From positions 1 through 64,000 of the forward strand of contig JABGUJ010000004.1 of NCBI GenBank assembly GCA_018646625.1: a stretch of 64,000 bases of DNA, in the 5' to 3' direction. Below are positions 19,096 through 27,228 of this stretch, one piece after another. The notes beneath the pieces are model-generated. The model was not told the DNA's origin, made no database searches, and saw only the letters and a list, made by a program, of their open reading frames with translations. Origin of the DNA: Candidatus Woesearchaeota archaeon. Its GTDB lineage: Archaea; Nanobdellota; Nanobdellia; Woesearchaeales; JABGUJ01. The position numbers and the translations under genes are program-made. The first letter of the stretch is position 1. Every line of letters begins with the position of its first letter.

Positions 19096-20421
19096 TTAAT
19101 ACTTTTCAAGCTTAATATTAATATATTTCAAACTTTTTCTGAGCAACAGATAGCCCTTTTCTAAACCTTTCCACAATGTTTCTCGAATTTTATAATTGGT
19201 ATGTTCAAAAAAACCCACTTTATTGGCTTCCAAAGCAATCTGTGCTCTTTTCCAATATTCCGAGATATATTCTCTAGATTCTTTCTTTGAAGGAAGTATC
19301 TTCAAATCTTCAAACTTTTGTAGCTTAGATATTCTTTTTTCTTTTCTTAATATATTATAGAATATTTTGGCCATTGTTTTTGCACCAATCTTCGCATCGT
19401 ATAGTGTTTTAACTTTTTCAGAACCATTTTCTCCAAGAGATTTGAGATCTTTCTTACTCTTACTATCTAGAAACGAAATAACTGATGACGGATATATGCA
19501 ATATGCGCCATTTTTTTCATGATCGACTAATTCTATTTGAGAATCGCCAATATATTTCAGAATTTTCTTCTTCCTTATAGACTTCTTATAATCGGAGATT
19601 ACTGGAATATTAAAGCAAAAAGATTCGGCAATCACGTTACCAAAAGTTTCACCTAATTCTGAGGTTTGCCAGAAAACATCAATAGATTTATAGAACGACG
19701 CAATATCGTGGAGATCTGACATTTCCGGTAAGAATAAAATATTACTTAGCATTTTTTTAGATAGGATAATTTTTAGAAAATATCTATGTAATAGAGGCAT
19801 TCCAACAAATATGAATCCGTACTCATATTTCTTTTTCCTTTGAAGGATTTGTATCGTACGGATGATAAGATAATCCCATTTTGATGGTTCGCTTCTTGCA
19901 ATACGCCCAATTATTGTTTTTATTCCTTTTTTTTCAAAGAATTTTCTATAGGATGCGGGAGAACTCTTTTTAAGATCTTTCCACAATTTAAAATCTATAG
20001 GGTTGTAAACAACATGAGAATTTGCATTTTCTTTATAGAGTTGAGAAATTCTTACAAATTCAGTTTTACTAATTATAAGATTGGAAACGCGAGGATCTTC
20101 AGTAAGTTTTCTAGTAAAGACAACATTAGATAGCAGATGTGTCTGACTCTTAATAATTTCACATGATTCTTGATTTAGCTTTCCGGGATAAAAGAAATCA
20201 ATATCTTTAGATTTTATGAACTGAGAAAGATCATTTTTCTTGATTCTATAATTTCCGGATTTATCTTTCTTAATCCCTTTAGATTCTTCATCAATATACA
20301 CAAAGCATTTATTAAAATATTTAGAATCTAGATTTCTATACCAAATACCATATTTTCGGTTTCCTCCGCCAATACCCTTATCGGGCGCCGATATCACAAT
20401 ATTAATTTTGTCTTTTTTCAT
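19096..20421 (-). CDS. GT4-like glycosyltransferase
   Basis: IGRIAR, GETFGNVIAE C-terminal GT-B motif. Confidence 0.8.
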   Translation of the reverse strand: MKKDKINIVISAPDKGIGGGNRKYGIWYRNLDSKYFNKCFVYIDEESKGIKKDKSGNYRIKKNDLSQFIKSKDIDFFYPGKLNQESCEIIKSQTHLLSNVVFTRKLTEDPRVSNLIISKTEFVRISQLYKENANSHVVYNPIDFKLWKDLKKSSPASYRKFFEKKGIKTIIGRIARSEPSKWDYLIIRTIQILQRKKKYEYGFIFVGMPLLHRYFLKIILSKKMLSNILFLPEMSDLHDIASFYKSIDVFWQTSELGETFGNVIAESFCFNIPVISDYKKSIRKKKILKYIGDSQIELVDHEKNGAYCIYPSSVISFLDSKSKKDLKSLGENGSEKVKTLYDAKIGAKTMAKIFYNILRKEKRISKLQKFEDLKILPSKKESREYISEYWKRAQIALEANKVGFFEHTNYKIRETLWKGLEKGYLLLRKSLKYINIKLEKY

Positions 20422-21626
20422 TTTGAATCTTTCTCACAAAAAGATTTTTCTATAAATCCATAAAACTGTTTAGCGATTGAATCAACACCATACTTTTCTT
20501 GGATAAGTTTCTGAGATAGTTTTCCAAAAAGGTCTCTTTTCTTCTTTTCACGTAGTTGCAATATTTTTTTTGCAAGATCTATGTGGTCCGCAGTTTTAAA
20601 TATATACCCATTTTTGTTATTATCGACGTAATCAACAGCACCGCAAGTGTCTGAGACAATAACTGGTAGGCCACAAGCCATCGCTTCAGGAACTACCATA
20701 CCAATTGCTTCATTATAACTAGGAAGAACAAGTATGTCGTGAGAACAGTAGACTTTATTTATCTCAGAATATGGAACTCTGTTCAAAAATTTAACTTCAT
20801 TTGTCAAATTTAACGATATAATACTAGACTCAATATTTTCTTTAAGAGGTCCAGAGCCTAAAATCCCCAATTCAAATTTAACATCCGGATAATTAGTTTT
20901 GAGGTGATGCAACGCATTAAGCAAATCATTATGTCTTTTATATGAGATTAAACGAGCAACGATTAGTAACTTAATTATCTTATTTCTGTCTCTCTTTACT
21001 TTTACTTTCTTAAAAATCTCGGTATCGACACCAGCCAGGAGAGTATGGATTTTTGATTTATTAGTAACGGGGAAATATTGTTTTCCAAATTCCTCACCTT
21101 TGCGTGTCCAAGAAAGAATAAACCTTGATTGCTCAAACATTTTCTTGAGAATTTTGAATGTAAGTTTCACAAGAAACTTTGCAAAAGGATCTTTGGGGAA
21201 TTGTTTTATTTCTGTATTCAGAATTAATGGCGTGTTAGTTTTCTTGCAGTGCCAAGCGGCTTGCCATGTAGCTGGGCGATAATATACATTGGCAGCAACA
21301 ACATCGGGATCATATTTTTTTAGAAACTTCCCCATTCCTTTAAAATAGGTTAATGATGTTATCTCTGTATCTCTCTTACCTATGAGAAATCTTAATATGA
21401 CAATAGGAACAAAAATGAGGCGGAAGATTTTCTGATATTTTTTCAAATACTGGACTTTGAATTTTACCCCCTTCATTCTTTCTTTTTGTTCGTTACCTAC
21501 GATCATAGTAAATTCAATTTCAGGGTACAATTTGGTGAGTGAATTAAAAATATTAACATAGATTATATTAGGAAATTGAACTATCCATGCAACTTTTTTA
21601 GTTATTTTATGATTGTTTGAGACCAT
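20418..21626 (-). CDS. GT4 glycosyltransferase
   Basis: VARL...K, EAIGMVVPEAMACGLPVI. Confidence 0.9.
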   Translation of the reverse strand: MVSNNHKITKKVAWIVQFPNIIYVNIFNSLTKLYPEIEFTMIVGNEQKERMKGVKFKVQYLKKYQKIFRLIFVPIVILRFLIGKRDTEITSLTYFKGMGKFLKKYDPDVVAANVYYRPATWQAAWHCKKTNTPLILNTEIKQFPKDPFAKFLVKLTFKILKKMFEQSRFILSWTRKGEEFGKQYFPVTNKSKIHTLLAGVDTEIFKKVKVKRDRNKIIKLLIVARLISYKRHNDLLNALHHLKTNYPDVKFELGILGSGPLKENIESSIISLNLTNEVKFLNRVPYSEINKVYCSHDILVLPSYNEAIGMVVPEAMACGLPVIVSDTCGAVDYVDNNKNGYIFKTADHIDLAKKILQLREKKKRDLFGKLSQKLIQEKYGVDSIAKQFYGFIEKSFCEKDSK

Positions 21627-21717
21627 TTTCTAGAGATTCATTGTGCTTTTTTGTTATGAGCTTAAATACTTAACAACCATTTATAAATACTTTCATTGTA
21701 TTGTGGAGACGTTCTTA

Positions 21718-22551
21718 TTATCTAAATAAAGTCCATCTTAGAACATATATGGCCTTTAGTAATTGATATTTTAGGCTTTTTTCCCTGCAATTCAAAAGAT
21801 CATATATTCTGTATTTTTTCATATAATATTTCAATAATTCTTCATTTGGAAAACTTTGTAAAAGAAGATTTTTAATTTTTTTGAGGAAGAAAAAATCATA
21901 CTTATAAAACCTCATAATTCCGCAACTGAACATCGATTCTATCAGTTTACCAAGATCAAGGTATATCGAGCTCTTTAAATTATATGAATAATCTATAAGG
22001 TACAATCTCTTTTTTTTATCTATAAGTATATTTTCAAGCTTAAGATTTCCGTGTATGACTTGCTTATCTTTAATCTGCTTTTCTTTGGGATTAAATCTTA
22101 GTAGCATATCGTTATTTTTATCAAAGAACTTGCGCATCACAAAGTCATAATCTGTAAAATTTGTAGATTTAACTCTTTTTAATTCATTGTAATAATCTCT
22201 CAAACCTTTGAATAGCATATCAAATACTTCAACCAAATTGTTTTTGTTCGACAACAGAATGTTTCTCTCTCTCATATATTTAATTAGATTAACTCCATCA
22301 ACATATTCCATACATAATATGTTTGTTTTCTCGTCAAAAAAGAATGCTTTGGGACACCCCAGAGTCTTATTCTTTTTTAACAAATTGTAATTTAAACATT
22401 GGTTATCGTATTCTGATTTCACATCAACTTTCTCATCATATTTTTTGATTAGAATATTATTATTCACAAAAATTTTAGAATGAGGACAAGACTCGAGTAA
22501 TCTGAATCTATTATTCTTAAAGTCATTCAATATCTTTTGTCTCGATATCAC
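21718..22551 (-). CDS. Kinase-fold (APH/Kdo-like) protein; catalytic Asp replaced by Asn
   Basis: LIKK, CPK, MEYVDG, IHGNLKLENIL...LIDY, DLG. Confidence 0.7.
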   Translation of the reverse strand: MISRQKILNDFKNNRFRLLESCPHSKIFVNNNILIKKYDEKVDVKSEYDNQCLNYNLLKKNKTLGCPKAFFFDEKTNILCMEYVDGVNLIKYMRERNILLSNKNNLVEVFDMLFKGLRDYYNELKRVKSTNFTDYDFVMRKFFDKNNDMLLRFNPKEKQIKDKQVIHGNLKLENILIDKKKRLYLIDYSYNLKSSIYLDLGKLIESMFSCGIMRFYKYDFFFLKKIKNLLLQSFPNEELLKYYMKKYRIYDLLNCREKSLKYQLLKAIYVLRWTLFR

Positions 22552-23921
22552 TTTAAACTCGCTTTTGGTTTGAATCTAGCAACAATTTTGAAATATCCTT
22601 TTTTCTCATATTCTTTTAGTTTTTTGTGAGTGATCTCTGAATTCTCAAGCGTTTCGTAACTATATTGAATTTCTTTAGTTTTTATCCATCTTCTTCTGCG
22701 AAATTTCATCATAGTCTCTTTTAATTGTAGTTTACTATCGTCCTCCTTGAGAAGAATACCTAACCCGTGATCCATAAAATAGTCAAATTCACTTAGCTTC
22801 TTTCCCGCCTTACAAAGGTATGAATAATTAGTATAGTTTCCTGGAAGTATAAATAGATCTCCTTCACCTTTAAGCCAACAAGCATTTTTTGTGTAATAAA
22901 GTCCATCCTTTTCATCCAATATTGAATTATGAGATTTGTCCAGCACCAAATCATATTGAAAGTCGGTTTTTATAACTTTCTTTAAAGATCTTATTATCTT
23001 ATCATAAGTAATATATCTCCAGGAATAACCTAGATTCAGCGCAGCCGTCTCAGCCATCAGAAAATCTCTACCGTTCTTTGAATTATATTCTAGTCCTATC
23101 TGGTAGTCTTTGTTTCTAAATAATAAGTTTGAATTTTTTATTAAGAACCTCAAACCATATCTTTTTAGATTAAATGCGACCTTTTTCAAGAAAACAAATC
23201 TTGGTCCAACCACAGTAGAGTACAATATCTTTAAGAGTTTGTAATTAATATTACAGTAAAAACTAGATACATTATCGCCCAAATATCCCGTGCCTAAATG
23301 AACCATAAATAACACATCATTTTTCTTCAGGTCAGATGATTTATCATATATTTCATCAACAATTTGCATCTCAACAAAGTGATTGCCTCCGCCATTTTTC
23401 CCAATTTCTCTATAAGTTCCACCATATAATGATTTAGGAATGGTATCTAAAATAACTCTACGATCTATATTCTTGTTCCTAAAAAGATTTCCTTCCCTTT
23501 CAAAAGCTTTTTTTTCTAATTTAAAGTATCTTTCTGGAATTGCATCTATGCCTTTCAGTAGAATTTCATCAAGTTCTTCGCGAGTTATTTCATCCTTGCC
23601 TATTAATCTACCCAACTGAGAAAGGGTCGTTACTCTATCTATCTCCTTAAAAAGATCATATTGTTTGTCTTTCAATTCACTGAATTTAATATTTGTACGC
23701 ATAAGACCCATACCACAATTCATTGAAAGGCTTGAATAATATGGGTAAATTACTTTTTTGTTGGTTTTCACGGCAACACTACAGGGATTATTTTTTCCTT
23801 TTAGGTGAGGTTCCATAAGAAAGAATATCTTTTCTATATTTTTATTTTTTAAAATTACATCTGTTGCTTTCTTTAACTCGCCCGTTATCATCCCTTTGTT
23901 CATAAATTTTCTTTTGTTCAT
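22548..23921 (-). CDS. rtcB: Divergent RtcB-family protein
   Basis: MNCGM, GGGNHFVEMQ, VH.G, SHN, LPGN..SY, DHGLG and terminal P....K, all in RtcB order. Confidence 0.8.
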   Translation of the reverse strand: MNKRKFMNKGMITGELKKATDVILKNKNIEKIFFLMEPHLKGKNNPCSVAVKTNKKVIYPYYSSLSMNCGMGLMRTNIKFSELKDKQYDLFKEIDRVTTLSQLGRLIGKDEITREELDEILLKGIDAIPERYFKLEKKAFEREGNLFRNKNIDRRVILDTIPKSLYGGTYREIGKNGGGNHFVEMQIVDEIYDKSSDLKKNDVLFMVHLGTGYLGDNVSSFYCNINYKLLKILYSTVVGPRFVFLKKVAFNLKRYGLRFLIKNSNLLFRNKDYQIGLEYNSKNGRDFLMAETAALNLGYSWRYITYDKIIRSLKKVIKTDFQYDLVLDKSHNSILDEKDGLYYTKNACWLKGEGDLFILPGNYTNYSYLCKAGKKLSEFDYFMDHGLGILLKEDDSKLQLKETMMKFRRRRWIKTKEIQYSYETLENSEITHKKLKEYEKKGYFKIVARFKPKASLK

Positions 23922-23939
23922 TTTTTTCTCGCATTATTT

Positions 23940-24944
23940 TCATTTTATCTTTTTCATAATCACAAAAAGAGTCGCACCCTTGGTAGGATACTTTTGTTTG
24001 AGAAAAGAGGAATACCAATTTATAAATTTGTTCTTTTTACGTACATCACATAAATGATTATAGGTTTCTAGGTGATCGATCGTATAATTGTGCAAATATT
24101 TAGAAATAAGTTCATTAACATCAACACCTCGTTCTTTATGATGTCCGCCTGCGGTTGGAGACTGAATATCTATGATTTCAATTAATTGCTTGACAGAGAG
24201 AGGATTTTCTATTATTCCTTTTTCGACTAGTTTTTTATTCACTTGATCGTACAATTTATTTTCTTCTTTAAGTCCGCTGCTTAACAACCCGTAACATCTT
24301 CTTGCAAATTCATATAATCCTATTTTTCTTAATATTGCCGCAACAGTTTGAACAGGATAAAAGAGAGAATAGATGAATCTAAAATTATTCCACAAAACTC
24401 TATGATTGTAGAACGGTTTATTTGGTTCATGTCCAATAATAAGTTTTCCACCAACCTTTAAGACGCGATCAATTTCTCTAAAGAATACATTGAAATTAGG
24501 TATGTGATGAACTACTGCGTTCATCATTACATAGTCTGTGGATTCGGCTTTAAGATCAATCTTAGTGCCGTTAAGTTTAAGATATTCAAAATTGCATTTG
24601 AATTTCTTCTCGGATACATTGATTTCGCAGGCATCTAATATTGTTTGAGATAGATCTGAACAGATAAAAAGATCCTTTTTCTTAAAAAATTTAGCAATTT
24701 GAAGAGGCACAAAACCAGTGCCTGAACCCAAATCTAACACCGTTATTTTTCTGGTTAATTTTCCAAACAGTGTTTTTCCAATTTTTCCCCAGCGCTTTTG
24801 TTCATCTTCTAGTATTTCTGGATGTTTATTATGATACTTACTACCTTCTATGTCGTGAAAGATTTCATTTACCTTTAAAACGAGATTGGTACTGTATTTC
24901 ATTTTCTTAATCCTCTTGCTGCCATTATGAACTAATTTATTCAT
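23940..24944 (-). CDS. Class I SAM-dependent methyltransferase
   Basis: VLDLGSGTG, VHHIP, RVLKVGG. Confidence 0.88.
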   Translation of the reverse strand: MNKLVHNGSKRIKKMKYSTNLVLKVNEIFHDIEGSKYHNKHPEILEDEQKRWGKIGKTLFGKLTRKITVLDLGSGTGFVPLQIAKFFKKKDLFICSDLSQTILDACEINVSEKKFKCNFEYLKLNGTKIDLKAESTDYVMMNAVVHHIPNFNVFFREIDRVLKVGGKLIIGHEPNKPFYNHRVLWNNFRFIYSLFYPVQTVAAILRKIGLYEFARRCYGLLSSGLKEENKLYDQVNKKLVEKGIIENPLSVKQLIEIIDIQSPTAGGHHKERGVDVNELISKYLHNYTIDHLETYNHLCDVRKKNKFINWYSSFLKQKYPTKGATLFVIMKKIK

Positions 24945-25824
24945 ACACTTTTATCTTTTCACTCTTAATTCGCTTAATTAATATAGTTAAGTAAATATTA
25001 ACGGGGAATTTCTTAAGAACATAAATTAATTTACGAGTCTTATACGTTCTTTCTTTTTTTAATATTTCAATTAATTTGTTTTTCATCCTGGCCTTACTTA
25101 CTGGAAACTTTGAATTAGCAACATAGCCTTTGAAGAACGATGTCTCAAGAGCTTTTAGCCCTTTTTTTGATAATATGATTCTTAAGATGAAGTTATATGG
25201 ATAAAAATTACGGGCAAACACTGCTAAGTCAAAATAGATACTTCCTTTCTGAAATGCGGGATCAAAGAGAAACATCTTATCTTTTTCAACGAACATCATA
25301 TTGTGGCCGCACAGATCTCCGAATAACTGAGTAATGGTTTCTTCTTTGACAGTTTTATGCCGATATTTTGTGTGGAATGCTGCAAGAAATTCTCCAAGTT
25401 CGAAAAATGTTCTTTTAAGCGACTTATTAAAGTAAAACTTGTTACAGTTCTCTACAAGATGTTTGCAAAACGAAGTTCCCTCAACATATTTCTGGATGAG
25501 TATTTTTTCTTTCAAATCCTTGGCTATTACATTTGGAGTAGTGATTTCTTTACTTCTAATCTTGTTTAATAAGTCTATAGTTTTTGTTTCTTCGATAAAT
25601 CTACTCTTGGCGGTGAACTTCCATTGATAATTCATATTTTTTTTAACAATAAACTTCTTTATGAAATACTTCTTGTTTTTTGTTGTCAGAGTATATGAGT
25701 CTGCGGCGTAACCTTCGTGATGAAGTTTAAACGTCACAATATCTTCATCTTTAATTCTAAGTAATTCTTTTATTCTCTTAATCAGTTCCGCTTTATTATT
25801 CCTATTCATTTGCTTGGAGTTCAC
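24937..25824 (-). CDS. Aminoglycoside-phosphotransferase-like kinase
   Basis: YFIK, TP.VI, LAAFH, FGDLCGHN...LFDP, DLA; GTG start after a GGTGA RBS. Confidence 0.72.
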   Translation of the reverse strand: MNSKQMNRNNKAELIKRIKELLRIKDEDIVTFKLHHEGYAADSYTLTTKNKKYFIKKFIVKKNMNYQWKFTAKSRFIEETKTIDLLNKIRSKEITTPNVIAKDLKEKILIQKYVEGTSFCKHLVENCNKFYFNKSLKRTFFELGEFLAAFHTKYRHKTVKEETITQLFGDLCGHNMMFVEKDKMFLFDPAFQKGSIYFDLAVFARNFYPYNFILRIILSKKGLKALETSFFKGYVANSKFPVSKARMKNKLIEILKKERTYKTRKLIYVLKKFPVNIYLTILIKRIKSEKIKVYE

Positions 25825-25926
25825 AAATCATCACCTATTGAGGAAATAATTTTTTTCTGGTATTAAAAAATTGCTACAACTATAATTTATAAGTAGTTGG
25901 GTGATATTAAAGCCACTATTTAAATC

Positions 25927-25960
25927 ATTAAGATATCTTAATCGATCTTAAATTTTAAGA
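25927..25960. promoter_or_regulatory. Tandem palindromic operator-like sites between two divergent operons
   Basis: Perfect 16-bp palindrome ATTAAGATATCTTAAT (25927-25942), then TCTTAAATTTTAAGA (25946-25960). Confidence 0.5.
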
Positions 25961-26024
25961 CGATACGCGATAATTGCCTTAAAAAACCAAAATATTTAAA
26001 TATTATGCGGTCTTTTTTAAGATT

Positions 26025-26504
26025 ATGGCGATCTTAGATGAAAAAAACTGTATGATCCTCAACCTCCTGCAAGAGGATTGTAGGATGTCCCTGACTGACA
26101 TGGCAAGGCGTGTGAATCTTTCTGTAGATTCTGTTAGAAAACGGCTGAAAAAACTGGAGGAACAAATTTATTTTTACCCTAAAGTACAGATAAGGCCTAG
26201 GATGCTTGGTTTTCCCAATATTGTGGATGTGAAGATAAAGCTGCGTGACTATGATGACAAAAAACTCAAACAATTTATTGATTATACTGTTAGTCATCCG
26301 CGTATAGCTGAAGTATTCTCGCTTTCAGGAGAATGGGATTTTACTTTAGTGATTATTTCTAAGGATCACGAAGATTTGGGAGAAATTACTGATGAGATAA
26401 GAAATAAGTTTGGAGCGATCATTACAGAATGGTCTGAGTCATTAACCAAAAAAGCATACAAATTTGAGGCATATGATGTCCTTAAGTTAAAGGGACACCA
26501 ATAA
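26025..26504 (+). CDS. Lrp/AsnC family transcriptional regulator
   Basis: LDEKN..ILNLLQEDCR HTH; SGEWDF in the RAM domain. Confidence 0.92.
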   Translation: MAILDEKNCMILNLLQEDCRMSLTDMARRVNLSVDSVRKRLKKLEEQIYFYPKVQIRPRMLGFPNIVDVKIKLRDYDDKKLKQFIDYTVSHPRIAEVFSLSGEWDFTLVIISKDHEDLGEITDEIRNKFGAIITEWSESLTKKAYKFEAYDVLKLKGHQ

Positions 26505-26519
26505 GACGGGTGAATTAAG

Positions 26520-27227
26520 ATGTACAATGGAAAGAAGATAATCGCCATAATACCTGCAAGAGGCGGATCAAAAAGAATTCCTAAAAAGAACGTTAAATTA
26601 TTGTGCGGGGAACCTCTTATCTCCTATACAATTAAGTGTGCTCTTTGTTCAAAATATATTGACAAAACCTATGTATCTTCGGATAGTGAAGATGTTCTAA
26701 ACATAAGTAAACATTTTGAAGTGGGTATCATAAAGAGGCCACCCGAATATGCTACCGATAAAGCAAAAAGCATTGATGTTATGAAACATGTATTATCATA
26801 TATACAAACTGAAGAGAACAACAACCCTGACATTGTTATCTTATTACAGCCCACGTCGCCTTTAAGAACGTCAGAAAAAGTTGATGATGCAATTAAGATA
26901 TTTGTCGATAATGGGGCTGATCGGGTGTTGTCCGTTACCAAAAGGCACATAGGTACTGAGTGGATTTTGAAAAAAGATCAGAACCAGCTCAAATTCAAGT
27001 TTGAGAACAATTTTGATAAAATAAGATCCCAAGATCAAGATGAGACTTATGAGATAAATGGGTCCATTCACCTTTTTTCGAGAGATGTGATTCTTAACTC
27101 GAAAAATTATGGGTGGGGGGATAAAGTATTTCCTATATGTATAGGTAAACTGGAAGCAGTAGATATAGATGATATGGACGATTTTTTAATTGCCGAAGCA
27201 TTGATGAAACGTAACAAAAGATCATAA
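26520..27227 (+). CDS. neuA: CMP-nonulosonic acid synthetase (NeuA/LegF-like)
   Basis: IPARGGSKRIP.KN, LQPTSPLR, DIDD..DF. Confidence 0.92.
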   Translation: MYNGKKIIAIIPARGGSKRIPKKNVKLLCGEPLISYTIKCALCSKYIDKTYVSSDSEDVLNISKHFEVGIIKRPPEYATDKAKSIDVMKHVLSYIQTEENNNPDIVILLQPTSPLRTSEKVDDAIKIFVDNGADRVLSVTKRHIGTEWILKKDQNQLKFKFENNFDKIRSQDQDETYEINGSIHLFSRDVILNSKNYGWGDKVFPICIGKLEAVDIDDMDDFLIAEALMKRNKRS

Positions 27228-27228
27228 A

